A model generated the notes under the pieces. That model ran no database searches. It saw only the letters and a program-made list of their open reading frames with translations, and was not told where the DNA came from. Source: Chitinophagaceae bacterium (GTDB lineage: Bacteria > Bacteroidota > Bacteroidia > Chitinophagales > Chitinophagaceae). Taken from it: a stretch of 40,233 bases of DNA. Within the stretch, counting starts at the first letter, position 1. Each line of letters opens with the position of its first letter. The DNA is taken from contig JAICPX010000001.1 of NCBI GenBank assembly GCA_025929635.1, positions 1 through 40,233 of the forward strand. The letters run 5' to 3'. Shown here piece by piece: positions 25,675-33,991 of the stretch. Both the position numbers and the translations under genes were made by a program.

Positions 25675-26553
25675 ATGAAGATTGCCATCTACAGCAGGTT
25701 ACTGGAAGAAGAAAAACGAAGTGACGTTCAATTTTTTTTTGATGAATTAGCCCGTCAAAAGATCTCCATTGCAGTTTTCCTGCCATTTTATGAAGAAATA
25801 AAGGACAGGTTAAATCTTCCTTCGGGCACAACTACTTTTTATTTATCCGATGACCTGACAAACGACATCGAATTTGTGATCAGTCTTGGTGGTGATGGAA
25901 CATTACTTGATACCGTTGCCCTGGTAAGAGATAAGGGGTTACCGATCATGGGAATCAACTTTGGCCGTCTTGGCTTTTTGGCAAGTATTGGTCGCAATGA
26001 ATTGGCTGATGCTGTAAAGGCATTGAAGAAACAAACTTATGTGATCGATAAAAGAACCATGATCCACCTGGACGCGAGTATCTCTATGTTTGGCAATGTT
26101 CCTTTTGCATTGAATGAGTTTTCAATACATAAAAGAGATACCGCTCCCATGATCAAGATCCACACCTATCTGAATGGAGAATTTTTGAATACATACTGGG
26201 CGGATGGCCTGATCGTCGCTACCCCGACAGGTTCAACAGGTTATTCCCTGAGTTGTAACGGGCCCATCGTGTTTCCCGAATCGGGTACTTTTTTAATTAC
26301 CCCCGTAGCGCCACATAATTTAAACGTCAGGTCGATCATTGTTCCGGATGACAACATCATTTCATTTGCAATTGAAAGCCGCTCGGACCAGGTGATCTGC
26401 GCCCTCGATAGCCGCAAGGAAATCGTGAGCAAAACTGTACAGCTCGCTGTTAAGAAAGAGTCATTCCTGCTAAATCTTCTAAGGCTAACCGAAAATAATT
26501 TCCTCCAAACCCTGCATAATAAGCTTACCTGGGGGCTGGATAAAAGAAACTAA
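25675..26553 (+). CDS. nadK: NAD kinase
   Basis: 292 aa with motifs GGDGTLL, NFGRLGFL, TPTGSTGYSLS. Confidence 0.85.
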   Translation: MKIAIYSRLLEEEKRSDVQFFFDELARQKISIAVFLPFYEEIKDRLNLPSGTTTFYLSDDLTNDIEFVISLGGDGTLLDTVALVRDKGLPIMGINFGRLGFLASIGRNELADAVKALKKQTYVIDKRTMIHLDASISMFGNVPFALNEFSIHKRDTAPMIKIHTYLNGEFLNTYWADGLIVATPTGSTGYSLSCNGPIVFPESGTFLITPVAPHNLNVRSIIVPDDNIISFAIESRSDQVICALDSRKEIVSKTVQLAVKKESFLLNLLRLTENNFLQTLHNKLTWGLDKRN

Positions 26554-26557
26554 ACCA

Positions 26558-26692
26558 GGATTAATGGGATTTTACGTGGATTATTGATGAAATCAGGATG
26601 ATTAAACATCTTTAAACTTACTTCCGGTGAATTGTATCTTCAAATTATCCGCGAAATCATTTTCGTTCCGTACAATCCGCGATAGTTTTTTT
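26558..26692. repeat. Short-tandem-repeat hairpin element (GGATT type)
   Basis: The left arm has GGATT-containing units (AGGATTA, GGGATTT, TGGATTA, AGGATGATT; 26558-26603). The right arm has inverted TATCC/AATCA/AATCC units (26641-26685) and is followed by TTTTTTT. It begins 5 nt after the nadK stop. Confidence 0.55.
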
Positions 26693-26724
26693 CGTTTTAA
26701 GAGACTGAATTCTTATTTTGCAAG

Positions 26725-27576
26725 ATGTTTCGGACACTTTTACTTCTGGCGCTTCTGGGTTTATCTTCACAATTTGTATCTGCTCAGCGTGAAGCGGTGA
26801 TACAGGAAGGTGAATTTGGCATAGGTGCAGGTGCCGCTCACTACTTTGGTGATCTTAACACAAGGGCACACCTCAACAGACCAAAGATCGCAGCCACTGC
26901 ATTTTTCCGCAAAAATTTTGGAAACTATATAGCGGTCAGGGTAGGTGCAAGCTTTGCTCAATTAGGTTATTCTGATATTTACAATGATCACAATACCTAT
27001 ATGCAGGCACGCAATCTTAGTTTTAATTCAAATGTGTGGGAACTCGCATTGCAGGGTGATTTTAATTTCTTTCGTTTTATGCCTGGTGAGCCCGGCTACA
27101 ACTTCACGCCTTATATAACGTTTGGTGTGGGCGTTTTCAACTATGACCCGTTTGCCATGTTGCAGGGACAAAAACATTTTCTGCGTCCTTTGAATACCGA
27201 AGGCCAGGGGAGTTCATTATATCCTGATCGTAAGCCATATGGTTCAATGGCATTCAGCATTCCGTTTGGAGCCGGCGTTAAGTATTGCATCAATGAAAGA
27301 ATAAATGTTGGATTTGAAATTGTGCATCGTATTACCGGGACAGACTACCTGGATGATGTGAGCAAGACATATGTTGATCCTTCTGTTTTTCCTCCATTAC
27401 CAAACGGTGATCCTTCGCCTGCATTTTTATTGCATGACCGTTCTTATGAGTTGGGAGACCCAATTGGTAAGCCCGGTATACAGCGTGGAATCGCCACACA
27501 AAAAGACCAGTTTGCCACGGCAATATTCTATATCTCATTCAATTTGCAGAGTTATAAATGCCCGACAGCAGATTAG
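26725..27576 (+). CDS. Outer membrane beta-barrel protein (DUF6089-like)
   Basis: 283 aa with a signal peptide and an alternating beta-strand pattern. Its position between nadK and uppS matches the conserved Bacteroidota cluster as I recall it. Confidence 0.5.
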   Translation: MFRTLLLLALLGLSSQFVSAQREAVIQEGEFGIGAGAAHYFGDLNTRAHLNRPKIAATAFFRKNFGNYIAVRVGASFAQLGYSDIYNDHNTYMQARNLSFNSNVWELALQGDFNFFRFMPGEPGYNFTPYITFGVGVFNYDPFAMLQGQKHFLRPLNTEGQGSSLYPDRKPYGSMAFSIPFGAGVKYCINERINVGFEIVHRITGTDYLDDVSKTYVDPSVFPPLPNGDPSPAFLLHDRSYELGDPIGKPGIQRGIATQKDQFATAIFYISFNLQSYKCPTAD

Positions 27577-27603
27577 AAAAGCACACCAGAACTTTTATAT
27601 ACA

Positions 27604-27631
27604 AACTACCTGAGGGTAGTTTTTTATTTTT
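27604..27631 (+). terminator. Intrinsic terminator
   Basis: AACTACC TGAG GGTAGTT followed by TTTTTATTTTT. Confidence 0.75.
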
Positions 27632-27701
27632 GTAACCTGGTTGTTTTAAACGGAATGATAAAAACAAAGTCAGAAAAAAGATCAACTTTAAAAATCATTT
27701 T

Positions 27702-28097
27702 ATGAAGCTTTTAAAACCATTATTATTTATTTCAGCTCTTGCTCTTTTAAGTTTTACAACAAAAGAAAACACTTCACAGCAATGGGTCCTGATCGGTGAA
27801 AAAAAGGTCAGCTTCTTTGTTGACCGTGATGTGATCCATGTAACGGGCAATGATAATTACAGCCAGTTAAAAGTGAAAGTAAAGGATGGCCCGGTTCATA
27901 TCATCGATATGGACGTTCATTTTGAGAACGGTGTCAAGCTTGATGTAGCGTTAAAACAAAGAATTCCAAAAGGAGGTGAAAGCCGTGTGATCGATCTCCC
28001 GGGCAGTAGTCGCAATGTTCGAAAAATTGAATTCTGGTACGAGACAAAGGGTTTCAGAAAAGGGAGAGGTACCGTGCAGGTATGGGGAAAGAGATAA
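27702..28097 (+). CDS. Small secreted protein, DUF2541 (YaaI)-like (uncertain)
   Basis: 131 aa with a signal peptide. The pattern W-x-LG...DRD-x-I-x-V...ID-x-x-V-x-F-x-NG...R-x-IDLPG...V-x-VWG resembles DUF2541. Confidence 0.4.
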   Translation: MKLLKPLLFISALALLSFTTKENTSQQWVLIGEKKVSFFVDRDVIHVTGNDNYSQLKVKVKDGPVHIIDMDVHFENGVKLDVALKQRIPKGGESRVIDLPGSSRNVRKIEFWYETKGFRKGRGTVQVWGKR

Positions 28098-28118
28098 GAT
28101 TTTACAAAAAGTGATGTG

Positions 28119-28146
28119 AGCCTGTTCATTTGAACAGGCTTTTTTG
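28119..28146 (+). terminator. Intrinsic terminator
   Basis: AGCCTGTTCA TT TGAACAGGCT followed by TTTTTTG. Confidence 0.8.
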
Positions 28147-28204
28147 TGCTATGCCAAAAGATATGGCATAATAAATGTTGCTACATTCTTCTAAATCTCC
28201 ATCT

Positions 28205-28498
28205 ATGACACTTATAGGATTCTTAGTTCTGCTGGCCATTGCGGCCATTTGCGGGGCTATCGGACAATCGTTGGCTGGCTATAGTTTAGGCGGATGCCTG
28301 GTATCCATAATCGTTGGATTTATTGGTGCCTATATTGGTATGTGGCTCGCCGGTAAGCTCGGACTGCCTGAGTGGTTTACTATCGATGTGCAGGGAAAGC
28401 CATTTCCCATTGTATGGTCAGTAATAGGTTCTGCAGTATTTACCCTGGTCGTAGCCCTGATACGAAAGGCTTTTGTCGGGAGAGACAGGTACTGGTGA
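28205..28498 (+). CDS. GlsB/YeaQ/YmgE family stress-response membrane protein
   Basis: Glycine-zipper TM segments (GAIGQSLAGYSLGG; IIVGFIGAYIGMWLAG) are typical of the family. The start is taken at the internal ATG 28205 (MTLIGFLV); the ORF track starts at 28175. Confidence 0.65.
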   Translation: MTLIGFLVLLAIAAICGAIGQSLAGYSLGGCLVSIIVGFIGAYIGMWLAGKLGLPEWFTIDVQGKPFPIVWSVIGSAVFTLVVALIRKAFVGRDRYW

Positions 28499-28522
28499 GC
28501 CTGAACGTGCAAGTAGACTTAA

Positions 28523-29338
28523 ATGAACCCCCGAAATAATAATTGGAGGAGCAGGCTGCATGAAGTAATTTTTGAATCCAACACTTCTGCCGGCAAAACA
28601 TTCGATATCTGCCTACTCATTTGTATCCTGGCCAGTATTTGTGTTGTCATGTTGGATAGTGTATCGGCTCTTCATTCCCGCTATGGTGAACTTTTTTTTG
28701 TGCTTGAATGGTTTTTTACAATCCTGTTTACTGTTGAATATCTTCTGCGGATCATTACCGTCAAAAAGCCATTGTTATATGTTGTGAGTTTTCTGGGGCT
28801 GGTGGATCTGTTGGCAATTATACCGATGTACCTGAGCCTTTTCCTGGTGGGTGCTCAATCCCTCCTGGTGTTACGTGCATTAAGGCTATTGCGTATTTTC
28901 AGGATTTTCAAGCTGACTCATTTTCTTTCTGAAATGAGTTTTCTCGGGGCTGCTTTACGGTCCGGCGCAAAAAAAATAAGCATCTTCATGCTGGTTGTGC
29001 TTGCGATCGTGGTGATCCTTGGATCGATCATGTACCTGGTGGAGCCTGCAGAGAATGGATTTACCAGCATCCCGGAAAGTATTTATTGGGCAATCGTCAC
29101 CATAACAACTGTGGGGTATGGAGATATTGCGCCAATAACGCCAACAGGAAAATTTATTGCAAGCGTGATCATGCTCATAGGATATGCTATTATTGCAGTT
29201 CCTACTGGCATACTTACTACAGAAATAGCATTAATGACAAGAAACAAAAATAAAGGTCACGAAGCCTGCCCTGCTTGTGGAAGAGAAGGACATGATGACA
29301 ACGCGGTGTTTTGCAAGTTTTGCGGAGAGAGGCTGTGA
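28523..29338 (+). CDS. Voltage-gated-type potassium channel with C-terminal zinc ribbon
   Basis: S4-like LRALRLLRIFRIFKL, selectivity filter TTVGYGD, and a C-terminal CPACGREGHDDNAVFCKFCGERL. Confidence 0.8.
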   Translation: MNPRNNNWRSRLHEVIFESNTSAGKTFDICLLICILASICVVMLDSVSALHSRYGELFFVLEWFFTILFTVEYLLRIITVKKPLLYVVSFLGLVDLLAIIPMYLSLFLVGAQSLLVLRALRLLRIFRIFKLTHFLSEMSFLGAALRSGAKKISIFMLVVLAIVVILGSIMYLVEPAENGFTSIPESIYWAIVTITTVGYGDIAPITPTGKFIASVIMLIGYAIIAVPTGILTTEIALMTRNKNKGHEACPACGREGHDDNAVFCKFCGERL

Positions 29339-29376
29339 TCAATAATTGGTGTGGTCACGACAAAGTTGTAGGTCAC

Positions 29377-29892
29377 CTATTTTTTTTGAAGAACTTCGAA
29401 GCATTTTAAGATTATATCCCTGTTCTTTTTCGAAGTCATCCATCTTGGCAATCTGCTTCCGATACTATGATTGGGCAACTCTGCGTCATTTCGCTCTCTT
29501 AATTTAGCCTTAATATGGGTTTTTAAGAAATCAAGATGATCGTAATTGTAGGCCCATAAAACATTATTACAGCAATCTATCTTCAACCATAGTGGCAAGT
29601 AGAAGAAAGGATCAATTGTGGTGGCGGGGTGATAAATCCTGTATGTGATTGGTAGCTTTGAACCGCTTCCCAAGTCAATGCTTGCTTTTTCTCTAAGTAT
29701 TTTACTATGTCCGCAATTTGAACAAACGCACTTTACTTTATTTTCAAAATCGATTTTAAAAGAGTAACCAGGTGTTTTGACAATAGCTTGTTTAGAACAT
29801 TTAGGACAGACGACATATATATCAGTTATAAAGTCGTAAACACTTTTCTTATATGCATCTTTTGCACGGGTCATAAAATTCTTGCAAGACAT
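29377..29892 (-). CDS. Hypothetical zinc-ribbon protein (orphan, AT-rich)
   Basis: 171 aa. CPKC...CSNC zinc ribbon near the N-terminus, with a conserved-looking C-terminal half (LWAYNYDHLDFLKTHIKAKLRERN...SRLPRWMTSKKNRD). It is the only minus-strand gene in the 20-37 kb plus-strand block and is visibly AT-rich. Confidence 0.5.
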   Translation of the reverse strand: MSCKNFMTRAKDAYKKSVYDFITDIYVVCPKCSKQAIVKTPGYSFKIDFENKVKCVCSNCGHSKILREKASIDLGSGSKLPITYRIYHPATTIDPFFYLPLWLKIDCCNNVLWAYNYDHLDFLKTHIKAKLRERNDAELPNHSIGSRLPRWMTSKKNRDIILKCFEVLQKK

Positions 29893-29948
29893 AAATTTAC
29901 AATCGTTCCCTTAACAATATTTACTGATAGGGGCAGCGTTGTTTTTCC

Positions 29949-29956
29949 TAACTTTG
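29949..29956 (+). promoter_or_regulatory. -7 promoter box TAacTTTG
   Basis: Perfect TAnnTTTG, 23 nt upstream of the uppS ATG. Confidence 0.55.
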
Positions 29957-29979
29957 TTCGCTAAAATTTTCAAATCGCA

Positions 29980-30735
29980 ATGTCAGATCTATTAAGCCAG
30001 ATTGATAAAACCAGGTTGCCCCGCCATATCGCCATCATCATGGATGGCAATGGTCGCTGGGCAAAAGAACAGGGACAAGACAGGCTTTTTGGTCATTTTC
30101 ATGGAGTGGAAAGTGTAAGAAATATAGTAGAAGGTTGCGCTGAATTGGGAGTTGAATATTTAACCCTTTATGCTTTTTCTACAGAGAATTGGGACAGGCC
30201 GGAGTATGAAGTTGTTGGGCTGATGGAATTGCTGGTTTCAACTATCCGTGGAGAAGTCGAAAGTCTTCACAAGAACAATATCCGTCTTCATGTGATCGGT
30301 GATATGAACATGTTGCCAGATTATGCAAGAAAGGAATTGGAAGAAGCATTGGCATATACGCAGAATAACACCGGGCTGAACCTCGTCATGGCCTTAAGCT
30401 ATAGCGGCCGGTGGGAATTGCTGAATGCAGTGAAAAGTATCGCACATAAAGTAAAAAAAGGAGAGCTCGCTGTTGAAGATATTGACCAGGATACATTACA
30501 GCAGCACCTGGTTACAAGTGGTTTGCCCGATCCCGAACTGATGATCAGGACAAGTGGTGAATACCGGATCAGTAATTTCCTGTTATACCAACTTGCTTAT
30601 GCTGAACTGTATTTTACCCAGGTTCGCTGGCCGGATTTCAGGAAACAGCATCTTTACGAAGCCATTATCGACTACCAGGGAAGGGAACGGAGGTTTGGAA
30701 AAACGGGAGAGCAGATGAAGGAGCTAAGTCACTAG
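29980..30735 (+). CDS. uppS: Isoprenyl transferase (undecaprenyl diphosphate synthase)
   Basis: 251 aa with motifs HIAIIMDGNGRWA, YLTLYAFSTENW, IRTSGEYRISNFLLYQ. Confidence 0.9.
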   Translation: MSDLLSQIDKTRLPRHIAIIMDGNGRWAKEQGQDRLFGHFHGVESVRNIVEGCAELGVEYLTLYAFSTENWDRPEYEVVGLMELLVSTIRGEVESLHKNNIRLHVIGDMNMLPDYARKELEEALAYTQNNTGLNLVMALSYSGRWELLNAVKSIAHKVKKGELAVEDIDQDTLQQHLVTSGLPDPELMIRTSGEYRISNFLLYQLAYAELYFTQVRWPDFRKQHLYEAIIDYQGRERRFGKTGEQMKELSH

Positions 30736-30897
30736 TCATTAGTTACTAGTCGTTAGTCGACAGTCTCGTGTCAAATAAGTGATATAGGTCAAATAGGGAT
30801 TCCCGCTAGTTGGAGTTTAGACAACATGAGAAGCTAACTATCGTCTATCCACTATTGACTTGTATGACCAATATGACCTTTATGACCAGTATGACTC
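30731..30897. repeat. Composite short-tandem-repeat hairpin element
   Basis: Five 7-nt units CTAGTCA TTAGTTA CTAGTCG TTAGTCG ACAGTCT (30732-30766) begin inside the uppS stop codon. GTCAAATAAGTGATATAGGTCAAATAGG is about 70 percent complementary to CTATTGACTTGTATGACCAATATGAC. Four 9-nt units TATGACCNN sit at 30863, 30872, 30881 and 30890. TTGACTTGTATGACCAA resembles TTGACTTATATGACCAC at 13074-13090. Confidence 0.7.
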
Positions 30898-31043
30898 TCA
30901 CTTTTCTCCCTTTCTTAACAAACACTTCAATTTTTTACCGTTAATTTGCCGCCTTTAGAACAGGTTCTTTAGGATTTCCTCCAAGGGATTCCTCTGGACA
31001 GGTATTCCGGACCTCAAATATTGACTGAACTGATCAACTAACC

Positions 31044-33782
31044 ATGCAAAGAATTTTACACCGGGTTTGTCTGCTGCTTACGGTTTTTCTTTTATCCATA
31101 ACCAGTATCAATGCCCAGGAAGACACGACAAAACCCACTTCTCTCGATCCCGCCCTTCTTGCCTGGAAAAATGCAACCCGTCCAAAAGAATATACAATTG
31201 CCAACATAAAAACGACTGGTGTTTTCTTTCTTGATTCAGCAGTTGTGTCCAGCATCTCCGGTTTGCAGGTCGGCGATAAAATATTGCATCCTGGCGGCGA
31301 TGAGTTTCCAAAAGCTATTGCTAATCTCTGGAAACAAAGATTGTTTTCAAACGTGGAGATCTACGTTACAAAAGTTGATGGTGACTTCATCGATATCGAA
31401 ATACATGTGATGGAAAGAGCAAGGCTCTCTAACTGGGATTTTAAAGGTGACGTCAAAAAAACTGAAGAAGAAGAATTGACTGGAAAGATCGGATTGGCCA
31501 AGCAAACCATCGTTACAGAAAATACCCGTCGCAATGCTGAAGAAGTGATCAGGAAATATTATGGAGAAAAGGGTTACCTGAACCTGAAGCTCCAGATACT
31601 CGAACGACCCGATACCAGTTTTGTCAACTCCGTGTTTCTGACGTTTGTCGTGGACAAAGGCGAAAAAGTAAAAGTCAACAATATCAATTTTTTTGGTAAC
31701 GAAACTGTTTCAGATCTCAAGTTGAAGAAGCAGATGAAAGGAACGAAAGAAGTAAGCCGGTTTACATTATATCCTCAAAAAGATTCGACATTATTTGGAG
31801 AAAATCCCCGCATGACGTTCAGGCAATATATGCATGACAAAGGTTTTCTTTCTATCAGCAAAACCAAGAACTTTCTTGATCCCTGGTTTCGTTTCAAATT
31901 ATTTTCTTCTGCCAAGTTCAATGAAAAGAAATTTGATGAAGACAAAGAAAAGATCATCGAATATTACAACTCGATTGGTTACCGGGATGCGATAATTGAG
32001 GATGTCAAGCCCTATTCTGTTTCAAGCAATCATATCAATATCGATTTTAAGGTTAGCGAAGGGCACAAATATTATTTTGGAAACATTACGTGGAAGGGAA
32101 ATTCTAAATACAGTGATTCAGTCTTAAATGTGATCCTGGGCATCAAGAAAGGCGATGTTTACAATATTGAAACCCTGAATCAGCGCCTTGGCAAACAACT
32201 TACCCCGGAGGGCGGCGATATCAGCGGGTTATACATGGATGACGGATACCTGTTCTTCCGTGCCGAAGCTGTTGAAACAGCTGTTTATAATGACACGATC
32301 GATCATGAGATCAGACTCATTGAAGGCCCCCAGGCAAGGATCAAAAATGTGAAGATCACGGGTAATGACCGGACCAAAGAACATGTTATCCGTCGGGAAT
32401 TAAGAACGATCCCCGGTGAACTTTTCAGTCGTGCAGATCTTATCAGGTCACAAAGAGAGTTGGGGCAATTGAATTATTTTAACCAGGAGACAATTGGCAT
32501 CAATCCGCTTCCCAACCCGGAAGATGGAACAGTAGATATTCATTATAAATTGGAAGAAAAATCTTCTGACCAGTTAGAATTATCTGCGGGCTGGGGTGGA
32601 GGAATTGGTTTGACGGGTACACTTGGTGTTTCTTTCAATAACTTCTCCATCAAAAATATTTTTAATAAGAAATCATGGGATCCTTTACCAACCGGTGATG
32701 GACAAAAACTCAGTCTTCGTGTTCAGTCAAACGGAAGAATTTACAGCTCTTACAATGCATCGTTTACCGAGCCATGGCTGGGTGGTAAAAAAAGAAATTC
32801 ACTTACGTTCAGTATTTATAAAAGTAAGTTCACCAACGGTTATGATTATTTAACCGGTCGTTTCTTAAAAGAAAGAGCTGATACAAGTTATTTGAAGACA
32901 TTGGGTGCAAGTGTTTCACTTGGCAAGCAGTTAAAATGGCCCGATGATTTTTTCAGTTTGATCTACACGTTCAATTTTACACAGTATAAGCTTCAGAACT
33001 ATCCAATCTTTGCCGGACTTGACAGTGGTAATTCAACAAACTTTAGTTTCAAGATCGCGTTGCAAAGAAATTCTGCTGGTCCAAATCCTTACTTCCCGGC
33101 AAGCGGTTCAAACTTTTTGTTAAGCGTCCAGGCGACACCACCCTATTCACTTTTAAATCGTGACCTGGAACTGGACAATTCTTATAAGCATCCTGAATAT
33201 CATAAATGGAGATTCAATGCAGAATGGTATGTACCTCTTGGAAGACCAATGGGTGCTGAAAAGAACAGGCAGTTCGTGGTAAAGCTTGCAGCCAAGTATG
33301 GTTTCATGGGAAGATATAATCGCAAACTGGAAGTATCACCATTTGAAAGATTCCAGCTGGGTGATGCCGGTATGGCAAACAATTTTGGATTATTGGGTTA
33401 TGATATTATAGCGCATCGTGGTTACCCGATTTATGAGAATTCAAACCCTGGGGTGAATCCGTCCGATGACCCATCACAGGCCCGGAACTTCTTTACTATC
33501 TTCAACAAATACCAATTGGAGTTGCGTTATCCATTTGCAACGAATCCGCAGAGCACCATTTATGGTTTAGCATTTTTTGAAGCTGCCAATGGGTGGTATA
33601 GTTTCAAGGATTATAACCCATTCCGTTTGCGTCGCAGTACCGGTATTGGTATGCGTTTCTTCCTGCCAATGTTCGGTTTGTTGGGATTTGATTATGGCAT
33701 CGGTTTAGACCGGATAAGATCGGGCCAGGGATTAAAAACCGCCTCTAAGTTCACGTTCATGCTGGGTTATGAACCGGAATAA
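31044..33782 (+). CDS. bamA: Outer membrane protein assembly factor BamA
   Basis: 912 aa with a signal peptide, repeated POTRA segments (e.g. IKNVKITGNDRTKEHVIRRELRTIPGELF) and a C-terminal beta-barrel. Its position between uppS and the skp genes supports the call. Confidence 0.85.
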   Translation: MQRILHRVCLLLTVFLLSITSINAQEDTTKPTSLDPALLAWKNATRPKEYTIANIKTTGVFFLDSAVVSSISGLQVGDKILHPGGDEFPKAIANLWKQRLFSNVEIYVTKVDGDFIDIEIHVMERARLSNWDFKGDVKKTEEEELTGKIGLAKQTIVTENTRRNAEEVIRKYYGEKGYLNLKLQILERPDTSFVNSVFLTFVVDKGEKVKVNNINFFGNETVSDLKLKKQMKGTKEVSRFTLYPQKDSTLFGENPRMTFRQYMHDKGFLSISKTKNFLDPWFRFKLFSSAKFNEKKFDEDKEKIIEYYNSIGYRDAIIEDVKPYSVSSNHINIDFKVSEGHKYYFGNITWKGNSKYSDSVLNVILGIKKGDVYNIETLNQRLGKQLTPEGGDISGLYMDDGYLFFRAEAVETAVYNDTIDHEIRLIEGPQARIKNVKITGNDRTKEHVIRRELRTIPGELFSRADLIRSQRELGQLNYFNQETIGINPLPNPEDGTVDIHYKLEEKSSDQLELSAGWGGGIGLTGTLGVSFNNFSIKNIFNKKSWDPLPTGDGQKLSLRVQSNGRIYSSYNASFTEPWLGGKKRNSLTFSIYKSKFTNGYDYLTGRFLKERADTSYLKTLGASVSLGKQLKWPDDFFSLIYTFNFTQYKLQNYPIFAGLDSGNSTNFSFKIALQRNSAGPNPYFPASGSNFLLSVQATPPYSLLNRDLELDNSYKHPEYHKWRFNAEWYVPLGRPMGAEKNRQFVVKLAAKYGFMGRYNRKLEVSPFERFQLGDAGMANNFGLLGYDIIAHRGYPIYENSNPGVNPSDDPSQARNFFTIFNKYQLELRYPFATNPQSTIYGLAFFEAANGWYSFKDYNPFRLRRSTGIGMRFFLPMFGLLGFDYGIGLDRIRSGQGLKTASKFTFMLGYEPE

Positions 33783-33909
33783 AAAACCAGGCCCCGTTTC
33801 CGCCGCGGCGGAGAACTTAGGTGTGAATATTCATTATTTTTATCTGAAACTCTTTAAATTTCAAATTTTAACTATCGTGTAGCCAGCAGAATTACTACTA
33901 TCATCGTCT

Positions 33910-33948
33910 GTTACGCAATTTTGCGTGGCAACGCAGCAAATTGGTAAC
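33910..33948 (+). other. Long imperfect hairpin upstream of skp
   Basis: GTTACGCAATTTTGCGT GGCA ACGCAGCAAATTGGTAAC: about 16 pairs with bulges, 44 nt upstream of the ATG at 33992. Confidence 0.4.
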
Positions 33949-33991
33949 TATTTTACGTTCGGAATTCTGTTCACCATAAAAACAACCTGAT

